From Felis catus (taxonomy: Eukaryota): DNA of 64,000 nucleotides. Position numbers and translations under genes: made by a program. The stretch is from contig NC_058368.1 of assembly GCF_018350175.1 (NCBI RefSeq), positions 123,630,001 to 123,694,000 on the forward strand, given 5' to 3'. The notes under the pieces are model-generated. The model saw only the letters and a list, made by a program, of their open reading frames with translations. It ran no database searches and was not told the origin of the DNA. Below, piece by piece: positions 39,604 to 51,759 of the stretch; position 1 is the first letter of the stretch, and every line of letters starts with the position of its first letter.

Positions 39604-39832
39604 GGGGCGCCTGGGTGGCGCAGTCGGTTAAGCGTCCGACTTCAGCCAGGTCACGATCTCGCGGTCCGTGAGTTCGAGCCCCGCGTCAGGCTCTGGGCTG
39701 ATGGCTCATAGCCTGGAGCCTGTTTCCGATTCTGTGTCTCCCTATCTCTGCCCCTCCCGCGTTCATGCTCTGTCTCTCTCTGTCCCAAAAATAAATAAAC
39801 GTTGAAAAAAAAAAAATTAAAAAAAAAAAAAA
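39604..39832 (+). mobile_element. Young Can-SINE
   Basis: CpG-intact; perfect 18-bp TSD AAGAACACTACAACTCAG at 39587-39604 and 39832-39849. Confidence 0.95.
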
Positions 39833-40319
39833 AGAACACTACAACTCAGACTAAACTTTTAACTATCCCATACTTTGTTAGAGAGCTAGAAATACCTGGG
39901 TAAAATAAAAATTGAGGGCACTACTTAATGTTCTTTACCCCAAATTTTCGGTTTCCAGACTAAGAGTTTCCTGGGAACCAAAACTATTTCAAAATCTGAC
40001 TATGATAAAATAGCTTATAATAATTTTGATGTAACTAAACTACTTTGCATGTTTATAATATTTGCTCTCCCTCTATTCCATTTGTGGCCACAGAAAATAA
40101 TAAATTTAGCAGTATAATATTTTCCTCTGAAATAGAATAACTTTATAATTTAGGAGGAAAGGTTGCTTATGTCAACTAAGGTGATTAAAAATTCTAAGTG
40201 CTAATAACTAAGTTCTTATAATTTGATATTGATGGATATCCTGAAAACTCTGTTTTCTTTGTTATAGCAGGAAGTATATACTGCATTTTAAACTTGGGTT
40301 TTATCCTTTTCTTTTATAG

Positions 40320-40376
40320 TCAAGTGAGATGCCCAAATTAACTGAGCAGTTAGCAGGACCACTTCGTCAAATGCAG
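40320..40376 (+). CDS. MTREX: MTREX coding exon SSEMPKLTEQLAGPLRQMQ
   Basis: cttttatAG acceptor, CAG|GTAGAA donor; 57 nt, phase 0-0. Confidence 0.95.
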
Positions 40377-41515
40377 GTAGAAATTTTTTGAACTACGTAT
40401 TTTATGAATAGAATATGTAAAATAAACATTTTTCATAGTCTTAGTATTTATCATTCCAGAGACCACTTCTTTCAGGATTAAATATGTTACTTGATGTTAG
40501 TCTTGTCATTTAATGCTATTAAATGCTATTAAATTCTCCCCCACCAGTGTAATAAATTTTATTGAGTTGCTGTGAGTGCAGATTTAACATGGAATAATGT
40601 ATCACATAGGCTGTATCAGCAACTCCGTGCCTGCACTGTTTTCCTCAGTGTTAAGAACTGCTTCTTGATGGACTAGGATTTAGTTAGCTTAATTTTTGTG
40701 TATTGTTTTCCATTCTAGTTTACAACAAAGTTTTAAAATATGTTTTATCCTCAGAAATTAATTATCCCCGGGTCCTCAAAGGCACAGTAGCTTATCGTAA
40801 TTGTGTGTTTTATTTTCTGGGGATAAACTGTTTTATCTACCTTTTCAACATTGGAAAGACAGGGAAAGATGAACTATATGACACTGCAAAAGAGGAGGAG
40901 TCAATTATAACAAAGTCTCTTCGGTGGAACATTTAACATCCCTTGTTACTAAGAAATTTAAACTTCCAGAACCAGGGAAGTTTATATAGTACTCGGTGGT
41001 TTTTGACCTTTTATATTACCCTGGAGGAAGGAATGGATCTAAATTTCTCTTTGTGGGGAAAAAATAAAATTAAGATTTATATTTTTTAAAGCATTGTTGG
41101 GGAAAAGCATTTTTTTGCCATAGGATTTGTGCTTTTCTAAATCTGTTTTGTTATTGATGTCTTTGGGGTTTTGGGGTTGTTCATAAAATACTTAGAGATT
41201 AGTTAAATGCTACTCTTGAATAATTTTAGTGAAGAGTTTCTGGTTGTTTTTTTTTTTTTTTTAAAGGTGTAACTGGGTGAAAAACACACTCATCTATTTT
41301 TCTTAATTCAGTGTAATGGAGAAATTTTATTACTTGACACTTAGCAGTGGAAAAGGAACTATAGCTACTTAGAAGCACAGAATATCCAAATTGTGGGCAT
41401 ATTAACCTAGGAAGAAAAAGGGAACTTGTAGAATTCTGGCTTTGGAAATCTAAAGAAAGAAAGTATATGGGAGGTCAGAAGTAAGAAATACTAAGTAAAT
41501 CTTCTATCTTCAAAG

Positions 41516-41678
41516 GAATGTGCTAAAAGAATTGCAAAAGTTTCAGCAGAAGCCAAATTGGAAATTGATGAGGAAACTTATCTAAGCTCATTCAAACCTC
41601 ACTTAATGGATGTAGTGTATACCTGGGCAACGGGAGCAACATTTGCTCATATCTGCAAGATGACAGATGTCTTTGAAG
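41516..41678 (+). CDS. MTREX: MTREX coding exon ECAKRIAKVSAEAKLEIDEETYLSSFKPHLMDVVYTWATGATFAHICKMTDVFE(G)
   Basis: cttcaaAG acceptor, G|GTATGT donor; 163 nt, phase 0-1; DSHCT domain. Confidence 0.97.
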
Positions 41679-43004
41679 GTATGTTTAAATCCTATATGCA
41701 TACATTTCTTTCCTTTTTTTTTTTTTAATATTTATTTGAGAGAGAGAGAGAGAGCACAAGCATGGGAGGGGCACAGATAGAGGACAGAGAATCTGAAGGG
41801 GGTTCTGTCTGACAGGAAAGGGCCCAACGCAGGGCTCAAACTCACAAACCATGAGATTATGACCTGAGCAGAAGTCAGATGCTTAACCAACTGAGCCACC
41901 CAGCTGCCCCTACATACATTCCTTTTGATAGGAAATTATATACTCAGGATGGCAGTGTTTTAACTAAACAAAAATAATATTTTATTTTTTATTTTTTGAA
42001 AGAATCTTCAGGCTCCACGTTGAATGTGGAGCCTGATGCGGGCTTGATCTCATGAACACAAGATCATGACCTGAGCCGAAATCAACAGTCAGATAGATGC
42101 TTCACAGACTGAGCCACCCAGGCACACCCCAACAGGAATAATGTTTTTAATTTTCGGTAATAAAATGGAATAATGCCATCACAGATAAACAGATGATCCT
42201 ACTAAGTCATATTTGTGTGGTGGTTTTTTTTTTTTTTTCCGCCTCTTTGGTTTTATTTGCTTGGCAGTAACCTCAAGGCTTGCTGTATTAATTCCACTTA
42301 AAAGAGCTGAAAATGCTGTCCATCACTGAATTTCTAATAACAAACTTGGCCTCAGTCAGATGTTACTTCAGCATGAATCAGATTAATATGCAGAATTTTT
42401 AAAGACTGTAAGATAATTGTTGCTCAACTGAACAGACATTTTAAATGAAAAAATGGCAGAGGGAATATGAAAGAAATAAGAATTACAAGAAGCAAAAACC
42501 CCCCCCACAGTATTTAAAGAAGACCGTTTTAGAAATGTTTTATTCATTTCAAAAATATTGACTTATGTAGATATTTATAATGGTGAATGGTATTTATCAA
42601 ATTAGAGATTTACATTAAACTCTTTAAAAACGAAACTAAATGAGCTTGCAGTTTGTAGAGATTATTGTAATAATATTTTAAATGCTGTTGTTACTGTTTT
42701 TAAGAGAAATTATATTTTGGGACATCCAATATTATATGCTTTTAAACTAACATTATTAAAGACTATTAATTGATGAATCATTGATTTTTATGATGCAAAG
42801 GTCAAACATCTCTGCAACAGAATATTAGAGCCTTTACTATACTACATTGAACTTCATTGGTTTTAAGCTTTAATGTTGACGTTTATAGCATTTTTTTATT
42901 ATGGTGTCCTGTTACATGGTGTACATGGTGTCATAAAGTTTGTTTCTAAGCCTCCATTAAATGATCATTTAGTGATGTGGTTCTAGAATCTTGCTCTATT
43001 ATGT

Positions 43005-43205
43005 GACTACTGTGTGCCAGGCATTGTGCTAGTAAACACTTTATATAATTTACATCTAATCACCAAAGTGATTAACTCAGGGTAGATATTATTTCTTCTT
43101 TGTTCAAGAAAGCTGAGTTTTTAAAAAGTAATTTTCCCAACGTCATGGAGGTGTGGTATATGATGGCACTAGGATTTGAACCTCGGCCTCTGTGATTACA
43201 AATCA
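43005..43205 (-). mobile_element. MIR-like relic
   Basis: TGTGCCAGGCATTGTGCTAG...GGATTTGAACCTCGGCCTCTGTGA resembles MIR. Confidence 0.65.
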
Positions 43206-46200
43206 CATGGTAGTTTATAACTGCATCTAAGCACCCTAATGCCTTATCCTTGAATTTCGGGTCTTCTTAAATCCTAACCTAGATTGCACCATCTCCATCC
43301 ACTGACACTTCATGCTTGTAGGAATGGTAAGAGGGTATTTATAACAGTTTCATGGTGAGTAGCCATAGCCGAGGATGTGAGAAGAGGAAAGCGTGACACA
43401 CTTCACTTGTGAACACTGCGTAACACACAGGAAACTTGGTATGTGTAGGACCACTTGCGCAGTGTAAAGCTGCCATACGGCACCACCACTCTTAAGAATG
43501 AAATTAATGACTGTTCTATGCCTAGGTAATTCCAAGCTATTATGCTCATATTTATAGAATATCTGCTTCTCTGAGAAGTCAGACACAATGACATAATAGT
43601 GGTTCATAGCAGATAGTTTGTTTTGTTTGAAGAAAAATCAAGGGGCAACAGATCTGCAAATCTGGAGAGCCCTATAAAATTGTCTTTGTGGATTATTTTT
43701 CTGTTCTTTGTACTTAAATGGAAGAATTATCGCAGTATCGGAGATAGATCTGAAACTGCTGAAATTGAAGACAGTTTGGTGTCTTAGAGCATACCAGCAT
43801 TCCTGAAATCTATTTTGCCCCTTTCCAATTCCTTGGGGCTATTTGTACATCACAATTTGTGTGAGAAATCTAAGTTTGAAAATCTGAGGAATTCAGTTTA
43901 TAACTATAACTTGAAGTTGGGTCTGACATCAGTGTAATCTTCATGTTTTTCTAGTCTGGATGCCATTATATCAGCTATACTTTTTCTTTGTAAAATTGGG
44001 ATAGACTGTATATTAACTCTTAAAAATAAAACGTAAGTAAACAGCAGAAAAATAACTGAGAACCTTGATTTACTTAGGATAGTCCATCCTTTTTCCAGCA
44101 TACTGTGTGTCCCCCACACTCCCGCCCTTTATTTACCCTGCTGTTATTTAGTTCTTCCATTTCAGAATAGCTATTCTCTCAACTTGTTATAGTACATGTT
44201 TTATATGATTGGGAAAATACTGTAACCAGAGTTTTAGCCCATAGTACATTGTGTCTTGGCACAAAATGATTGCATTGGAAATTTAAAATGCACTTTGTTC
44301 AAAACATATTTGTTACTAGTTTGATTCTTAATTATCTTTTTTTTTTTAATGTTTATTTTTGAGAGACAGAGTATGAGTAGGGGAGGGGCAGAGAGAGAGG
44401 GAGACACAGAATCCAAAGCAGGCTCCAGACTCTGAGCTGTCAGCACAGAGCCTGAAGCAGGGCTCGAACCAACGAACCATGAGATCATGACCTGAGCTCA
44501 ACCGACTAAAGCCACCCAGGCGCCCCTTAATTTTTTTTTTTATATGAAAATAAAAGTGATCCTTTCATGTCATTTCAGAGGTAGTTTTAACTATTTTTCA
44601 GACATTAACTGGCACAACTTAACATTTTAATGATAAATACCATGTGTTTGAAGGGATGCCTAATGCAAGAGAGGAGCTTATACTGTGATTCAATTGAGGA
44701 AGTTTGAAGACTTCATACAAATATTTACTTCCTTTGTATCACCCTGAAAACAAAACGGTATAATGTGGGGTTTTTTTTCTTATTTCTATCAAACTAAATT
44801 GGAAGAGGAATTTAAAACAGTATGTGTAGGGGCTAAGGTCTGGAGTTTCAATCTATTACTCTATGTAATAGATCCATTGTAAGCTTTCAGAGGCCCTTAA
44901 ATTTTGTCTATACAGAAACAATATTGTACTCTTCACTGTGCATGAACGACTTAGTTTTCACTTATTTCATCACAGGAGGTTTCTAATGACCAGTGCTATC
45001 ACTGGAAATGTTTGCTTCTGCCTGCCACAAGTTTTTAAAACAAATGCCGTGTAGTGCATTCACACACTCTGCCTCCACTACAAGCTCTTCTCAAAATGCC
45101 TTTCAACATTCATAGTTTTACCCTTCCCTAGGTCAAGGTACATCACTCTCACTAGGGATTTTCCAATGGATTTGTTCTTAGAAATACTTTTGCTAATAAT
45201 AATAGGGTGACCATTTAGTAACATGTATTATGTCTGTTTCATTTCTGGCAAAATTTTAGTACTAAATTACTTAGTATTTGATTCTTAGGCATTTGGTGAA
45301 TAATTACTGAGACCCTGGTAAGGGAGCAGGTACTGTGCTTGGTGCCTTGTGAGCAGCCGTCTCTACCCTCCAGAAAGGGTTTGGGCCTGAGCTGCGATCC
45401 AGTGATACATAGTTGCAAGAAGATACATTTGTGATCCTAACCTCAGGTCAAACTCATTAAAACCACTTACATGTGAGTATGAAATCAGATTCAGAACATG
45501 AACTATGGGGACCACTTTGTGGAATACCAGAAAGCTGGAGGTAGGAATACTGTTCAGAGAAAGGTGTTACTTTCCATCCTCAGTGCGAATCATACTGTTT
45601 TGTTCAAGAACCAGATGAGCCTCATTGATTACAAAATTGCCTTTTAAAGCATGTGTGCCCAAATGTCCATCAGTCAGTGAATAATTAAACTATGGTATGT
45701 CAGTATTATGTAGTAGCACCTATAAAAAGGAATGAAGTACCGATTAATGCTAAAATGTGAATGAACTTTGAACTCCTTAAGGTTCTAGGTGTAAGAGAGG
45801 GCAAATAGAGGGGAGCCTGGGTGCTCAGTCCATTGAGCATCTGACTTCAGCTCAGGTCATGATCTCATGGTTCATGGGTTTGAGCCCCACTTCGGGCTCT
45901 GTGCTGACAGCCCAGAGCCTGGAGCCTGCTTCAGATTCTGTGTCTCCCTCTCTCTCTGCTCTGCCCTGCTAGAACTCTGTCTCTCTCTCTCAAAAATAAA
46001 CCCTAAAAAAAATTTTTTTTAATCAAAAAAATAATAATAATAAAGGCAGACAGAGGCAACTATTGTATAATTCCACTTATATGAAATGTCCAGAATAGGC
46101 AAATCCATAGAGACAGGAAGTAGATTAATGGTTGCCATGGGCCAGGGTCTAGAGTAGGAAGCAACATTGAATTCTGAGTAATCAGAATTTTTTTTTCTTT

Positions 46201-48816
46201 AATTGTGACAAAATATACATAAAATTCACCATTTTAAATGTCCATTTCAATGTCACTGACCTTTAAACTCAGGTTTACCTCACCATTCCGGAAAGAACTC
46301 AACATTGAGATTATAATTCACGGAGCATAAAAATCCACCCTTTTAATTACGAGTATTATTTAGTGGTTTTTAATGTATTCAGAGCTGTACAACCATTATC
46401 ACGATATATTTTTAGAATATTTTTACCACCCACAAGAAGTCACTCCTCACTTGCTTATAATATAGTTCCTCACATAGTAAATGGCGTAGACGAATGTAAT
46501 CCCTGGTCTGTAAACTTCGAGACAGTGGACATAGGGTGTCAAGCGTCTGCTCCCCCGCTCTGTTGGGGACATGTGTTGTCTCATTTTGTTGAAATTACTA
46601 CAAATCACCAGTGACTTTCTGATTGCTAAAATCAGAAAACACCCATTTATCTGACTAGATCCTACTTGCCGGTTTTTACCACTTACTGTTTCTAGAAACT
46701 CATTAATGGTAAATTCTTTGGTCCTGGCAATGAAGGTTTTTACAGAAGTGAAGAGCTTTACAGTAAGGCCTAAGAAACTTATAAAATATTTATTTTTTAA
46801 TTATTTTAAATGTGTAAACTTATTATAAATTGAAATTTTCTAAAGTAATACACATTAGAGAAAATTTAGAAAACATCTCACTTCTATGATCTTTGACATA
46901 ATTTCTCCATCATTTATTCCTAGCTCTGACCTTGTTCATGTTGTCTGTAACTTTTTTCTCCCCTTTTCCTTCTTTGGAAAATGAGGATAATGACAGTGCT
47001 TGTCTCGTGGAATTGTAAATGTCAAACAAGGTGATTTACATAAAATACACACTACAGACCTGCCACAGAATAAGTGCTCAGAATCTAATAAAGTACCTTG
47101 CTAGGTGCTAAATAGCTTTGACAGAATTGTGTAGTAGAAATAGGGTGTACTTGAGAGGTGGAGTTTTTTTTCCCCCCAGAACTCCATGAACCTTTTAATG
47201 AGAGAAGGGCGAAAAAGGCTATGGACTTTGGATATTTTGGTAAAGGGTTATATCATGACATGATATTCCTTTACGGTTTTGCCCATGTCAAAGAATTTAT
47301 GTATCTCTTATCTCAAGTGATACCATCCAGAGTTAGGTAGAGCAAGCCCTTTCTTTAAATAGCATTTACTATCGTTGTACATACCTTAGAAATGAGAGTA
47401 GGGTAAGGGCCTACATCACAGAGTTAATTACTTAGTGGCAGAATCTGGGCTAGAACCCAGGTCTCCATCAAGTCTTTGCTCTTTTTTGCTCTGACCTGGT
47501 GCCTCAGCTCAGTCCGTTGAACCAAGTCTAAAGTTGTGAACATCCTGTATATAAGAGATGGAAGGGTATTATCCCCAGTTGTCTTTAAAGTAACCTGTGT
47601 GCTGGTCATCTTCATTACCAATGTCATCCCAACAAAACTCACAGAATGTGCAATAGCATTGTTGCATTTTCATTGCTCTGGCCCATAGGTGGCTTCAGGG
47701 GAGGAAAAAAAAAAGGAAAACTCAGCCCCGAACAGTGAGTATATTTCAAGAACTTGATAAATGCTGATGAATTATTTCAGTGTTGCAAGGAGTAGAAGTA
47801 AGGGCTTAAGAGTTACTAGCTGGCATGTCAGACAGGTATTCCTAATGTATATCAGACATTAAAAGTAAACTCCCAAGAGTTGTCAACTTGAGCACATAGC
47901 TCTTTGAGAAAGGATCCCAGGCCCCTTCTTGCTGAAGTGAGACAGATGTGAAATGAAGTTTACAGCTTCAGCTTTAATACAAACACTTGTCTCAGGGAGT
48001 CAAATACAAATGGGAGGAGGCTTATCTCCTCTTTTGTGTTCCCTTGAGGCACATTGTGTGAAGAAGGCACTGATGAAAGTCTGTTTAAGGTCAGGAAGAA
48101 TGGATGCACCTTTGAAATGACAAGTCTGATCCTCTTATTACTCCCCCACATAAAAATCTCTGCATTCTCTGCAGTTGACACTTGATCTCGGCCCAGGGCA
48201 TGATCTTGCAGTTTGTGAGTTCGAGGCCCACTTAGGGCTCTGCACTGATGGTACAGAGCCTGCTTGGGATTCTGTCTCTCCTTCTCTCTGACCGTCCCCT
48301 GGCTTGTCCTAATAAACTTTAAAAAAAAAAATCTCTGCATTCTCTTCACAGGATGGTATCCAGATCCCTAGTAGGCCACACTCCGCATCCTTGAGTAGCT
48401 GCAGTTTGTCAGACTTCTCTGCATTGCCTCAGTGGTCGTCCCTTGTTACTCTGTGACAGAGACCTCCTCATTCTTAATAGACCCTGGTTATATGTTGTCT
48501 TTGCTGGCCTTCACCCAAAGTTGCTCTCTCCCCTGCTCCCAGAGCATTTTGTTTATTTCTAAATAAGAGCAAATGTCAACCCATTATAAGTCCATGACTC
48601 TCTAGCATTAGTCAAGGATGGGAAATTTAGCTTTTTATATCCTTCCTAGTGCCTACCAGGCAGCCAATGAAGTTTGCTACCTGATTTACTGGATGGGAAG
48701 TCCCTCAAAGTACTGTTAGTTAATCATCCCATGTTCTCCTATCTTGCCTGTTAACAAAAGTTCTACTGTTTTGGTTATTTCCATTTTATAAGTAATTTGT
48801 TTCCTTTTCTTTATAG

Positions 48817-48921
48817 GCAGCATAATTCGTTGTATGAGGCGCCTGGAAGAACTGCTTAGACAGATGTGTCAAGCAGCAAAAGCCATTGGAAATACTGAGC
48901 TGGAAAACAAATTTGCAGAAG
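48817..48921 (+). CDS. MTREX: MTREX coding exon (G)SIIRCMRRLEELLRQMCQAAKAIGNTELENKFAE(G)
   Basis: ttttctttatAG acceptor, G|GTCAGT donor; 105 nt, phase 1-1; EGSIIR motif of the DSHCT domain. Confidence 0.97.
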
Positions 48922-49109
48922 GTCAGTATCCAGTCTATAAGCTTTTTCTAATAAGGCAAATCCTGTGAGACCTGAGTTCTTGACCACAATGTAGGAAGAC
49001 TTTTTCAGATGCTTTCTAATGGAATGCCATGGAGGGCCATCTAGTAGTGTTTAAAGAAACTTTTAGAGTGTATGGGAAGAAGTTTTGGGATTTTATATAT
49101 AATCATTTG

Positions 49110-49660
49110 TAAGATTTTTTATTGAGTACTGTCTGCCAGGCATTGTTTTAAACACTAGGGGATACAGCAGTGAACCAAAAAACCCACAAATCCCTGCCTT
49201 CATGGAGCTTACATTCTGGTGTGGGGAGATGTAAAATAAGTCAGCACTTAAAATATTTCAGGTGGTTATAAGTCTACAGAAGAAAAAGAGGAAGAGACAA
49301 TAGGAATTGAGAGATAGATGAGATGCCTGGGGGCCCTACTCAGGAGGTGGCATTAAGGCCCACTCAGGAGTCTATGCTTGATAGACTTAAGCAGCAGCAC
49401 AAGGCCAGTGTGGCTAAAGCAGAGTGAGCAGTGAGTAGAATAGTATGAAGGAGAAAAGAAATTATCATTTTAACCCCTAGGCCCCGGCCTTTTTCTTGAA
49501 ATGATTATTGGAGGTTTTGAACACAGGAGTGCTGTGCACTGGCTTGGGTTTCAGAGCAATTCTTGCTGTTGCATTGTAGGCCAGTCTGTAGATGAGCAAG
49601 GTGGAAGCAGGAAGACCAGATCATGGAAGGATAGCCAGTCCGAGGTGGTAGTGACAGAGG
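49110..49660 (-). mobile_element. L2-like relic
   Basis: TTTATTGAGTAC..GCCAGGCATTGTT..TCCCTGCCTTCATGGAGCTTACATTCT resembles the L2 3' end in reverse. Confidence 0.7.
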
Positions 49661-50415
49661 TGGGCGGTGGGTCTAACATGTTTACAGTTTGTTCCGTCTG
49701 ACACAACCAGTGTCCTGAGACGAGGTGTTCAGAAACTGAGTTACGTTTCCTTATGCTCGATGGGGCAGACCTATTTCATCAACCCAAGTTTAAGTCTCGT
49801 TATATAAACTTTTTTTTTCTAATGTTTATGTTTTGTTTCGAAAGAGAGAGAGCAAGCAGGGGAGGGACAGAGAGAGGGAGACACAGAATCTGAAGCAGGC
49901 TCCAGGCTCTGAGCTGTCAGCACAGAGCCCGAAGCAGGGCTCAAACCCATGAACCATGAGATCATGACCTGAGCTGAAGTCACATGCTTAACTGACTGTG
50001 AACCACCCAGCCGCCCCTAAACATTTTTAGATAATAAAATTTGTCCTGTCTTCGGGCAGAAAGAATTTCACATGGTAAGTGAAAATACAGGATCTCCTGA
50101 CGTAGGCTGAAAGTACATGCTATTGGGCCAATAACTTCTTTTGACAGTTTAGTCCTTTCCTCAGTAATAAATCTTTGTGAATAATTTGAACCACTCCCAC
50201 CCCCTACATACACACACGGAGACATACTGGGCATTTCAGAGTCTAGCCTAAGTTTTTATGTTTCCCCCCTCTCAGAGGTGGCTGTGGACTCTTCCAGGTA
50301 TCTTTTAGACCAACAGGGTCTTGTACCATCAGGATTGTTGTGTTAAAACCGCACCAGAGGGGAATTACGATCTTTGTGGTCTTAAAATTTTAAATCTTAT
50401 TTTCTTTTCTTGTAG

Positions 50416-50468
50416 GAATCACCAAAATCAAGAGAGATATTGTATTTGCTGCCAGCCTCTACTTGTAA
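50416..50468 (+). CDS. MTREX: MTREX terminal coding exon (G)ITKIKRDIVFAASLYL*
   Basis: ttttcttgtAG acceptor; conserved Ski2/Mtr4 C-terminus RDIVFAASLYL, then TAA at 50466-50468. Confidence 0.97.
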
Positions 50469-50591
50469 AAAGAGCCAGCGAAATGAATGTGGGATTTTAA
50501 AGTTTTCACCACCTGATTACAGCTGACTGCATACAAATGCTTACACAAGTATTGATTTGGTTCTTTCATCTCAAGGCAGTCGTTCAAACAT

Positions 50592-50597
50592 TTTAAT
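50592..50597 (-). terminator. Candidate PLPP1 poly(A) signal ATTAAA (a second ATTAAA lies at 50675-50680)
   Basis: TTTAAT on + is ATTAAA on -; it lies ~330 nt beyond the PLPP1 stop in an AU-rich UTR. Confidence 0.55.
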
Positions 50598-50677
50598 ATG
50601 TATTATGTTTAAATCAGGCATCATGCTAAGAAAGCATACATTACATACACATTTGTACATAAGCATTACATTTTTTT

Positions 50678-50683
50678 AATAAA
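50678..50683 (+). terminator. Candidate proximal MTREX poly(A) signal AATAAA
   Basis: Canonical hexamer 210 nt after the stop, with upstream TGTA (50654) and a downstream GT/T-rich stretch (ATTGTTTTAGTG). Confidence 0.6.
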
Positions 50684-50929
50684 AAAATGTACAGGTGGGC
50701 ATTGTTTTAGTGAAAGGCTTAAAGTTTTTTAAATGAATTCAGAGCTATTAGATAACCACTGTGTTAAAGGGAACTATATACACACAGGTAAAGTGGGCAT
50801 CCAAGAGGTATAGCAGCAGCAGTCCCTTAAAGGCTTGTACACCATGAAGAAAACGCATCCTCTTGCCTTCTGGTTGCAATCATTTTCCGTTAGAAAGCAG
50901 GCCAGCTTGATCTGAGCACTCTGCTACCT

Positions 50930-51061
50930 TCAAGGTTGGTGATTGTTCCTATAGTGATTGCTTGCGGTTGGTGTTTCATGCAGAGTTGTATGAGAGTCCT
51001 CCTCTTTCCTTTCTTTAAAAGGAGAATTTCTCTCCCTGAAGAAATCTGATACATACACTAC
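50930..51061 (-). CDS. PLPP1: PLPP1 terminal coding exon [43 protein letters not shown]
   Basis: Minus-strand tctctatAG acceptor; 132 nt ending in TGA; recognised LPP1 cytoplasmic tail ([13 protein letters not shown]...NHQP). Confidence 0.96.
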   Translation of the reverse strand, partial: VVYVSDFFRERNSPFKERKEEDSHTTLHETPTASNHYRNNHQP

Positions 51062-51157
51062 CTATAGAGAACAAATTCTACTTAGAATGGGACAAAAGTA
51101 TTTAATGATGTAATTTAATTTTAAAAACCATATACATAGTTGTAACAGTTTGCAAAA

Positions 51158-51163
51158 AATAAA
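51158..51163 (+). terminator. Candidate distal MTREX poly(A) signal AATAAA, inside the last PLPP1 intron
   Basis: Canonical hexamer with upstream TGTA motifs; usage is not shown by the sequence alone. Confidence 0.35.
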
Positions 51164-51528
51164 TATAAACAAAAGGCGTATGTTAAAGGGTACAGAAAAT
51201 TAGTGACCAACAGGAAGTTTTAATGTTAAAGGAAATTCTTCTAAAATTCAGAGTTGCTTAGTTAGGTCTTAAGTACAGCTTTACTCTGTTAGCACTTAAG
51301 GTATTCTTCAGTTCATACAAAAAAAAAAACCCAAAACGCCGTAGGCATAGCCTTTTACAAAACTACATGTAGTAGTAAGTTTTTATAACTTTTAGGAAAA
51401 GCAGCATAGTTTATTATCTGCTGTCTATCCTAACATGACTTAGTAACATTGGTGTTCTTAGTAAAAATTACTAAGCCACAGTATCTTCCTTTGTATAGTT
51501 TTTTTCAATAGCACATGTTTTCTACTTA

Positions 51529-51759
<231 letters not shown>

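Larger units (their letters stand above)
41712..50018. mobile_element. Scattered Can-SINEs (- 41712-41910, - 41980-42130, - 44338-44527, + 45810-46040, + 48170-48331, - 49810-50018)
   Basis: Recognisable SINE bodies in the last MTREX introns; the span is not continuous repeat. Confidence 0.85.
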
